Source: Gemmatimonadales bacterium
GTDB taxonomy: Bacteria; Gemmatimonadota; Gemmatimonadetes; Gemmatimonadales; GWC2-71-9
Assembly (NCBI GenBank): GCA_035495075.1
Contig: DATJGL010000347.1
Location: 1 to 63,868, forward strand
DNA length: 63,868 nucleotides
Direction: 5' to 3'
This document shows positions 19,439-25,972 of this stretch, piece after piece; position 1 is the first letter of the stretch; the number at the start of each line of letters is the position of its first letter. Below the pieces are notes generated by a model that was not told the origin of the DNA, made no database searches, and saw only the letters and a program-made list of their open reading frames with translations. Made by a program: the position numbers and the translations under genes.

Positions 19439-20329
19439 GTGTTGCTTGTCCTGGCGTTGACCGCGACGCTGTTTACTTCCGATACCGACACCACCTTTAC
19501 GGTGCAGCGGGGTCAGCGGCTCGAGCTGAACACGCATGCCGGCGACATCGTCGTGCACACGTGGGCCCGCAACGCGGTCCGGGTGCAAACCTCGGGATCG
19601 AGCCGCTTCCACGTGGCCATCGACCAGACAGCGAGCCTCGTCAGCATCCACAGTGCAGGTGGACGCTCCGGGCCGCCCAACCTGGACTACCAGCTCACGG
19701 TTCCCACCTGGATGGCAATCCGTTTGTCCGGAGTTACAGCCGACATGCGTGTCGATGGTGTCCAGGGTCCGGTCAACGCAGAGACTGTGGAAGGGGACGT
19801 CGTCGTGGTCGGAGGCGACGGCCTCGTGTCGCTCCGATCGGTCCAGGGCGATGTGTCGTTGACCGATGCCAAAGGCAAGATCGACGTCAACTCGGTGAAC
19901 TCCGACGTGAACGTGCGCAACATCAGCGGCGAGCTGCAGGCCGAGACCGTCAACGGAGACGTCAATCTCATTCAGGTTCAATCGGACAACGTCGAAGCGA
20001 ACACCGTCAACGGCGACGTCAACTACGACGGCACCATTCGCGCGAACGGGCGCTATCGGCTGACCACCCACAACGGAGAAGTGACGGTGGTGATTCCCGA
20101 AGGGACCGGTGCCCAAGTGTCGGTTTCGACTTTCCAGGGAGACTTCGAATCTGCCTTCCCGGTGACGCTGACGGAGCGTCATGGGAGGCGCTTCGACTTC
20201 ACCGTCGGGAACGGAAGCGCGAGGATCGAGCTCGAGTCGTTCGGTGGGACGATCCGGCTGGTCAGACCCGGCGGACTTCACATCCAAGAAGAGGAGGGAA
20301 AGGAGAAGCATCGGGAGCACGACGAATAG
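19439..20329 (+). CDS. DUF4097-like beta-strand-repeat protein
   Basis: GTG start after AAAGGAG. It carries repeated V-x-G-D-V/VNGDVN strands typical of DUF4097 proteins found next to sigma/anti-sigma pairs. The C-terminus is acidic/basic (EEEGKEKHREHDE). Confidence 0.65.
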   Translation: MLLVLALTATLFTSDTDTTFTVQRGQRLELNTHAGDIVVHTWARNAVRVQTSGSSRFHVAIDQTASLVSIHSAGGRSGPPNLDYQLTVPTWMAIRLSGVTADMRVDGVQGPVNAETVEGDVVVVGGDGLVSLRSVQGDVSLTDAKGKIDVNSVNSDVNVRNISGELQAETVNGDVNLIQVQSDNVEANTVNGDVNYDGTIRANGRYRLTTHNGEVTVVIPEGTGAQVSVSTFQGDFESAFPVTLTERHGRRFDFTVGNGSARIELESFGGTIRLVRPGGLHIQEEEGKEKHREHDE

Positions 20330-20720
20330 GGTGCCGCCCAACGGGCAGACCCTATGCCGCAATTTGACAGAGAGCCGCCGGCGGGAGCCCGCCAATGCCG
20401 TTGCACTGTCTGGAATCTGTGCCCTATTCTAGCCGGCGGTTCGCTGGGCTCACACGCTAGCGGCCGTAGCCTGCCTGCAGGGGGGTTTCTCCGACCAAAA
20501 CCAACCCGCTAATGACCACCCCGAAGACCCAATTTGGCTTGCCAAAGCATTGGGATATAGGGTAGTACAGCTGCCCATTCCAGTCCGCTGCCCGATCAGC
20601 ACCGGCCAAGCCCCACCCCATCACCTGCCACCGCGATCCGCTGCAGCCAGACAAGTCTGCCGTATCGAACGGCCGCTCAACCGTTCAATTACCTGACATT
20701 CTGGCAAAATGTGTGATAGG

Positions 20721-20736
20721 TGGCACGCTCCTTGTT
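20721..20736 (+). promoter_or_regulatory. Candidate sigma-54 (-24/-12) promoter upstream of the fibre locus
   Basis: TGGCACGCTCCTTGTT matches TGGCACG-N4-TTGCW at 14 of 15 positions, with the -12 GC replaced by GT. It lies about 80 nt upstream of the subunit-1 ATG. There is no experimental support. Confidence 0.25.
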
Positions 20737-20813
20737 TCTGCGCGCCGGCACGGCGGAGTGTCACAGCCTCTGTGCAGGTAGCTGAGGCCAAACCTTTAGC
20801 GGCGGAGTCGGCA

Positions 20814-21380
20814 ATGAAGCTGTCAACGAAGGGTACGCTTCTGGGCGCGGTAGCTGCCATCCTGGTCGGAGTCAGCCCCGCAGTCGCCCAGGTCGGTCTC
20901 ACCTCGTCGCTCGCGACGGTGAACATCAACGCGACCAAGAGCTCGGTGCTGAGCCTCTTGATCAACTCGGGCGGCACCCAGACCCTGGCCAGCCTGACCG
21001 ACAACACCACCAACAACTTTGCCTCACCGGTCAACGTCACGACCACGTGGGATCTGAACGCCGGCAGCAATGTGGTGCTGGTCGGCTCGTTCGCCACCCC
21101 GGCTCAGGCGCTGGCGAGTGGGGCCAACTTCATCACCACGCAATACATCAAGGGTCGGGTGACCACCGGTACGCCGACCAGCTACACCGCGTTTACCCAG
21201 GCCGGCGTCGGCACGATCGGGACGGCGGGCGGCAGCCTCACGCTGTTCACCCAGAGCACGGCTTCGTTGGCGGGCAACCGTACCGACAACCTCGATCTCC
21301 AGATCGACCTGACCGGCCACGCCAACCTGATCCCAGGCACGTACACCGGCACGCTGAATCTTCAGGCGATCGTGCAGTAA
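20814..21380 (+). CDS. Secreted fibre subunit 1 (SCPU/DUF4402-like chaperone-usher pilin candidate)
   Basis: ATG 20814 follows GGAG. The signal peptide is AVAAILVGVSPAVA/Q. The protein is Thr/Ser/Gly/Asn-rich and Cys-free. The C-terminus is RTDNLDLQIDLTG..PGTYTGTLNLQAIVQ*. Confidence 0.7.
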   Translation: MKLSTKGTLLGAVAAILVGVSPAVAQVGLTSSLATVNINATKSSVLSLLINSGGTQTLASLTDNTTNNFASPVNVTTTWDLNAGSNVVLVGSFATPAQALASGANFITTQYIKGRVTTGTPTSYTAFTQAGVGTIGTAGGSLTLFTQSTASLAGNRTDNLDLQIDLTGHANLIPGTYTGTLNLQAIVQ

Positions 21381-21404
21381 AGGCGACGCTCGCCGGCGCC
21401 GCCC

Positions 21405-22007
21405 ATGACTCTCCACCGTCCCTGGCTCCGCTTGTTGCTCCTCACCGCCCTTGTGGCGGTGCCGGAGGAGCAGGCGGCTGCCCAGGCGGGGACTGTTTCG
21501 ACGGCGAGGATCGTCTCGCTGGCAGCGACCAAGACCGGCAAGCTGACGATGGGAGTAATCTCGGGCGCCGCACAGACGCTCGGGACGCTGACCGACAACA
21601 CAACGAACAACTTCCCAACTCCAGTCGTGATCCAAACCCAATGGGATCTGAACCCGGGACAAACGGGAAGCGTGAACGTGATCGGCTGGTTCGCGACGCC
21701 GAGCCAGGCGCTCACGAACGGGGTGGGCACCAACATCCCGTCCAGCCGGATGAAGGGGATGCTGACGCCAGGAGCACCAGCGCCAACCTCGTTTCCGGCG
21801 ACGTTCACAGCCTTCACCCAGAACGCGGTGGGGGGGATCGGGACGGCCGGCGGCAGCTTGCGGCTGTTCCAGATGAATATCTCGGGGGCCAACAAGACCC
21901 AGACCCGGACCGATAACCTGAGTCTGCAACTCGACTTGACCGGCGCGGGAGTGCTGCCGCCGGGAACGTACAGCGGGACCCTGAACATCGAGGCAGTGAC
22001 GCAGTAG
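21405..22007 (+). CDS. Secreted fibre subunit 2 (paralog)
   Basis: 200 aa with a signal peptide. It shares blocks with subunit 1 (LTDNTTNNF, WDLN, GWFATPSQAL, GGIGTAGGSLRLF). The C-terminus is RTDNLSLQLDLTG..PGTYSGTLNIEAVTQ*. Confidence 0.7.
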   Translation: MTLHRPWLRLLLLTALVAVPEEQAAAQAGTVSTARIVSLAATKTGKLTMGVISGAAQTLGTLTDNTTNNFPTPVVIQTQWDLNPGQTGSVNVIGWFATPSQALTNGVGTNIPSSRMKGMLTPGAPAPTSFPATFTAFTQNAVGGIGTAGGSLRLFQMNISGANKTQTRTDNLSLQLDLTGAGVLPPGTYSGTLNIEAVTQ

Positions 22008-22166
22008 GGCGCGCCAGGCGCGCGCCGCCCCGACGCTCAACCCGGGCGGGCGGGAGGTCGAAAGTAACCCTCAGCAAGGTGGTGCCCGGCGTAATCGATC
22101 CGGAGACAGCGGCGGTGGACGGCCTCAGCAATTGGCGGCCCTCTCAGCCGCGCCGTAGGTTGGAGC

Positions 22167-22745
22167 ATGTTGTCGGCCCGCTCGGTTCCTGTTCTCGCCG
22201 CCGCCATGCTGCTGGCGCCGGCGCTCCTTGCGCAAACCGGCGCAACCTCCCCGGTCCGGACGATTGCGATCTCGGCGACAAAGCTCGCCTCGGTCGGCAT
22301 CACGCTTCCAGCAGGCGGCTCTCTCACCCTGCCGGGCAGCTTGTCGAGCGGCATCAACGACTTCTCTCCACTCCCGTTCACGACTTCGTGGAGCGTCGAC
22401 CCCGCACAGACCGCGAGCGTGGCGGTCCTTGCGTTTTTTGAAGTGCCGGCGCGGGCCCTGGCCAATGGCGGCTCCGCGATCCCCTCGGCCGCGGTACTGG
22501 GACGAGTCGCGACCGGGGCCGCGAAAGGATTCTCTCCGTTCATCCACGCCTCGTTGACCGGGAACGGGGGGATGGTGGGATCGAGCGGAGGCTCGCTGCT
22601 CCTCCTGTTGGAGCCGATCGGCACCGGTAACGCACGGGGGGAACGAACCGATCAGCTCCAGCTGCGGGTCGACCTGAACGGATCGCCGTCACTTCCGGCC
22701 GGGACCTATGCCGGCACGCTCAACCTGGTGGCGGTCACTCAATGA
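22167..22745 (+). CDS. Secreted fibre subunit 3 (divergent paralog)
   Basis: 192 aa with the signal peptide AMLLAPALLA/Q. The C-terminus RTDQLQLRVDLNG..PAGTYAGTLNLVAVTQ* matches the same motif. Confidence 0.65.
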   Translation: MLSARSVPVLAAAMLLAPALLAQTGATSPVRTIAISATKLASVGITLPAGGSLTLPGSLSSGINDFSPLPFTTSWSVDPAQTASVAVLAFFEVPARALANGGSAIPSAAVLGRVATGAAKGFSPFIHASLTGNGGMVGSSGGSLLLLLEPIGTGNARGERTDQLQLRVDLNGSPSLPAGTYAGTLNLVAVTQ

Positions 22746-22751
22746 GGACCT

Positions 22752-23576
22752 ATGGGACGTACGGTGCTGTACTACATCGGAGGCCACCACCGCCGGGCTA
22801 GAGTCATCCTCGCTCTCGGCGCCATCGCGCTATTCCTTCCCACCGTCCTTCCCGCACAAAGCGTCAGCCCCCCGATAGCTGAGTACCAGGAGCGTGCCCG
22901 TTCGAGTGTCCAGCTGTCGAACGGCTCGATCTTCCCTCTCACCGTGGTCCTCGACGTCAACGGGTTCGACGTCACCGAGAAGGGCGAAGTCGTGGGGACC
23001 CCACTCGACACCGGGCGAGTGAAGATCAAGCTGTCGGCGACCAGCTTTCGCCTGGCGCCGCGCTCCACCTACACCGTGTTCTACGAAGCGCGCACCGACT
23101 CGCTGCCGGCATGGTTCGCAATCACCGCCGCCATGAGCGGTGCCCGAACCGACAACGGCCTCAATCTTCGCATCATTCTTCCGCACGTGGTGTATCTGAA
23201 TCAGAAACAGCCGCTGCAGAAGACAGAGGTCGTCGTCCGGCGGCTCGAGCTCGACTCAGCTGGTAAGACCGCACGGGTACAGCTGGAGAACTTGAGCTCC
23301 CACCTGGGGCGCGTGCTCGAGCTCACGATGACCGCGAAGGGACAGAGCCGGGCCGCTGGAGCCTTTCCGCTACTGCCCCACCATCGTCGCTGGGTCGAGG
23401 TCGCCTGGGATCTGGAACAGCCGCCGGAACGGGTAGCCCTCCGGTTCGCCAAGTTCTCCATCGACACGATGCTCGTTGCTACGCCAGCTGACCATCCGGC
23501 GAGTGAGAGCGCCCGGAGCTCCGATGCTCCTTCGAGCGGGATCGCCCGAGCACCCGCCAGCGCCGACGGTCGTTGA
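22752..23576 (+). CDS. Periplasmic PapD-like chaperone candidate
   Basis: 274 aa with a signal/anchor sequence. It has a two-beta-sandwich pattern reminiscent of pilus chaperones (SVQLSNGSIFPLTVVL; SFRLAPRSTYTVFY; LRIILPHVVYL; ARVQLENLSSHLGRV). It starts 6 nt after subunit 3. This is an inference from sequence pattern only. Confidence 0.5.
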   Translation: MGRTVLYYIGGHHRRARVILALGAIALFLPTVLPAQSVSPPIAEYQERARSSVQLSNGSIFPLTVVLDVNGFDVTEKGEVVGTPLDTGRVKIKLSATSFRLAPRSTYTVFYEARTDSLPAWFAITAAMSGARTDNGLNLRIILPHVVYLNQKQPLQKTEVVVRRLELDSAGKTARVQLENLSSHLGRVLELTMTAKGQSRAAGAFPLLPHHRRWVEVAWDLEQPPERVALRFAKFSIDTMLVATPADHPASESARSSDAPSSGIARAPASADGR

Positions 23577-25305
23577 GTCGCTGCGCCGGGGGTTGATCAG
23601 GGCGCTCGTCGCGAGCGCCCTGGCTGCTGTCGCACTCATCGTGGGGGCTCGTCCCGCATCCGCCCAAACCGTGTTCGAAGTCCAGGGCGGCGGCTCATCC
23701 CTCACCGGCGGCTATGGCGTGGCGACCAACGTCTGGCGGAACGGGGTCGAGGGTTGGGTCGGCCTTGGCTACCTCGACGGCCTTCGGCTGGGCGCGTTCA
23801 TGCGCAAGTCGATCGGCAAAGACACGCTCCGGATCGGCAACGACGCTCTGGTGGTCCGCTATCCCACCGACGTCTTCGGCAACGGGTACAACCTGCTGGT
23901 GCAGGGAGCCAGTTACGCTCGAACTCAGGGTCGCACCGGCTTCGTCGCCTTCGGGGGAGCAAGCTCGGAAGGACTGGCGGCTCCGGCATTCCTGGCTGCG
24001 AGGGCCCAGGCTCCAATGGGCGCGCTCTTCGTGCAGCACAGCCTGTCGCCGACGCTACGACTCAGCACGACGGCCATCGTGGCCGAACACCAGGCGGTAG
24101 TCCCAGGCATCCAGTGGCAGGCGACGCCAGACGTAACGGCGGCGCTGGTCGCGGGCACGGGGTCCGGACGACCCTACGGCGCCGCCAGCCTCGTAGCTCG
24201 CTCCGGGCGGTTCGGTTTCCGCGGTTCTTACGTCTACAACCCAAGCCGATTCCGGCGCGCTCCGGTCCCGGCACCGCTCCAAACCGACGTCGATCGCGAA
24301 AATCTCGAGGTCACCTATCAGCTGACGTCCGATTTTTCGATCGGTGTGGGGCGGCAGCATTTCATCCAGGACTCCGCCGACGTCGCGGTTCCGAGCCGCG
24401 CTTGGGGTAATTCGATCTTCCTGGGTGGCCGTACCGGTGAGCTGCGGATCTCAGCCGGCATTTATGACTCACACACGGACAGCGTGAGCAACCTGAGCTC
24501 GTTCGTCGCGCTCGGTCGCAATCTGGCCTCGTGGCTTGATGGCGAGCTCTTCGTCCTGCAGAGCCGCCCGCAAGGCCGCGCCGTGACCACCACGCCGATC
24601 TTGAGCCTGCGTGAGCGGGTTTCGCCCCGGGTCGGGCTGGTACAGCAGATCACGGTTGCAGAGGGCCGCCCCCGCGCACAGTTCGGCGGCAGTCTGCTCA
24701 CGGCGATTGGTGACTTCGCGCTGGACTACACGATCGTGCACCAGCCATTCCAGCCGTTCAGTCCTTTCCGCAGCGCGTTGAACATCACGGCAAGGCTTCA
24801 GCTCGGGCGCTACTCGACAAATCTGGGGACGTACGTCCAACCGGATGGTACGGTTGACTACGCTGCGTCGGGCAGCACGTTCCTATACATGGGTCAGCTG
24901 GGTGGAGTCCAGCCCCAGCGGGTTGGCAGCAATGGTGGCATTGCTCGATATGTCGTGCGCGGCCGGGTGCTCGATGAGGCTGGACAGCCGGTCGAGGGCG
25001 CCGCCATCGACTTCGACGGCGAGACCGTGTTCACCAACGCCCGAGGAGAGTTCCTGCTTCGGTTGCGGCAGCCTAGGCGTCTCGAGCCCCATGTGCTCCT
25101 GAACGAGTTCCTGCTGCCGGGCCGTTGGAGGGTGAACGCAGTTCCCGAACGGGTTCAGGCGCAACCGGAGGACCGGGCCCGTCCGGTGGAAATCCGACTC
25201 GAGCGGGCCGTGCCGATACCCGCGCTGCCGGATAGCATTCGTCCGGAACCGTCCGATACGCTGCTGCCGCTCGTGCCGCCCGGCGGTGAAGCTGCGAAAC
25301 CTTGA
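23524..25305 (+). CDS. Outer-membrane beta-barrel protein with C-terminal CarboxypepD_reg-like domain (usher candidate)
   Basis: The signal peptide is ALAAVALIVGARPASA/Q. About 440 aa have alternating Gly/aromatic beta-strand character. These are followed by YVVRGRVLDEAGQPVEGAAIDFDGETVFTNARGEFLL and a Pro-rich tail. The start is ambiguous: ATG 23524, TTG 23593, or the tracked 23476. Confidence 0.55.
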   Translation: MLLRAGSPEHPPAPTVVESLRRGLIRALVASALAAVALIVGARPASAQTVFEVQGGGSSLTGGYGVATNVWRNGVEGWVGLGYLDGLRLGAFMRKSIGKDTLRIGNDALVVRYPTDVFGNGYNLLVQGASYARTQGRTGFVAFGGASSEGLAAPAFLAARAQAPMGALFVQHSLSPTLRLSTTAIVAEHQAVVPGIQWQATPDVTAALVAGTGSGRPYGAASLVARSGRFGFRGSYVYNPSRFRRAPVPAPLQTDVDRENLEVTYQLTSDFSIGVGRQHFIQDSADVAVPSRAWGNSIFLGGRTGELRISAGIYDSHTDSVSNLSSFVALGRNLASWLDGELFVLQSRPQGRAVTTTPILSLRERVSPRVGLVQQITVAEGRPRAQFGGSLLTAIGDFALDYTIVHQPFQPFSPFRSALNITARLQLGRYSTNLGTYVQPDGTVDYAASGSTFLYMGQLGGVQPQRVGSNGGIARYVVRGRVLDEAGQPVEGAAIDFDGETVFTNARGEFLLRLRQPRRLEPHVLLNEFLLPGRWRVNAVPERVQAQPEDRARPVEIRLERAVPIPALPDSIRPEPSDTLLPLVPPGGEAAKP

Positions 25306-25325
25306 GCGAAGCGGAGGCGCGTGTA

Positions 25326-25766
25326 ATGTTCGGCCCCATGAACCCGGATGTGTTTACTGACTCGTGGGTCTCAGCCTGGGAACGGGAGCTCAACGCCAGC
25401 CTGGCCTACCGCGAGGCAGCAGCCGATTGGGAGGGCGCAGTGGCGCTCCGGATGAGCGCTGACGCCGCTCTCGGAATTCCTGAGCCCCGTGCGGTGTGGC
25501 TCGACTTGTATCACGGGCTCTGCCGCAGTGCGCGATCGGCGACCGATGCCGACCTCAGTACTGCAAGGTATCTGATCGAGGCCGAGGCGGCCGTCTGGAA
25601 GGAGTTGCTCGCCGGACGGCTCTCGCCCATCGCCGCGTTGTTGGCGGGAAAGCTTCGATTGGCGCAGGGGAGTCTGATGGGCCTTCTGCCCTACGCGGCA
25701 GCGGCTCAGTTGCTGGTTGCGACGGCGACGATCATCCAGCAGCAGTTCCCCGAGCCGGCGCTCTAG
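25326..25766 (+). CDS. SCP2 sterol-carrier-like domain protein
   Basis: ATG 25326 lies 8 nt after GGAGG. The C-terminus LLAGRLSPIAALLAGKLRLAQGSLMGLLPY is typical of SCP-2. The tracked TTG 25302 overlaps the upstream stop. Confidence 0.6.
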   Translation: MFGPMNPDVFTDSWVSAWERELNASLAYREAAADWEGAVALRMSADAALGIPEPRAVWLDLYHGLCRSARSATDADLSTARYLIEAEAAVWKELLAGRLSPIAALLAGKLRLAQGSLMGLLPYAAAAQLLVATATIIQQQFPEPAL

Positions 25767-25810
25767 CAGCACCACCCATAGCGCCGCAGCACTACTCCAT
25801 TAAGCAACGG

Positions 25811-25835
25811 GCGGCCGGTCATTTCGACCGGCCGC
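25811..25835. terminator. Perfect 10-bp GC-rich hairpin between SCP2 gene and tRNA-Pro
   Basis: GCGGCCGGTC-ATTTC-GACCGGCCGC. It lies 5 nt beyond the tRNA-Pro 3' end. There is no clear U-tract on either strand. Confidence 0.45.
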
Positions 25836-25840
25836 TCGAA

Positions 25841-25914
25841 TCGGGACGGCGGGATTTGAACCCGCGACCCGTGCAACCCCAGTGCAGTGCGCTACCGGAC
25901 TGCGCCACGTCCCG
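25841..25914 (-). tRNA. tRNA-Pro (anticodon GGG)
   Basis: Hand-folded cloverleaf. The acceptor stem is CGGGACG/CGTCCCG and the D stem is GCGC/GCGC. The anticodon loop is CTGGGGT with G37. The T arm is GCGGG-TTCAAAT-CCCGC and the discriminator is A. It is 74 nt long, and CCA is not encoded. Confidence 0.85.
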
Positions 25915-25972
25915 CGATGCGGAGGCGAAGTGTAGCCCTCGGTTGCACCGGACGGAAGGGGTATATTGCTGC

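Noticed and set aside
20457-21097. Minus-strand ORFs (65 aa and 158 aa) in and next to the fibre-locus leader
   Set aside because: They have no RBS, their composition is odd, and the 158-aa ORF is antisense to fibre subunit 1. They are treated as non-coding.
25496-25972. N-terminal 159-aa extension of the DUF885 ORF
   Set aside because: The extension runs straight across the tRNA-Pro gene and the SCP2 3' end. A twin-arginine signal begins at the internal ATG 25973, which is the credible start.
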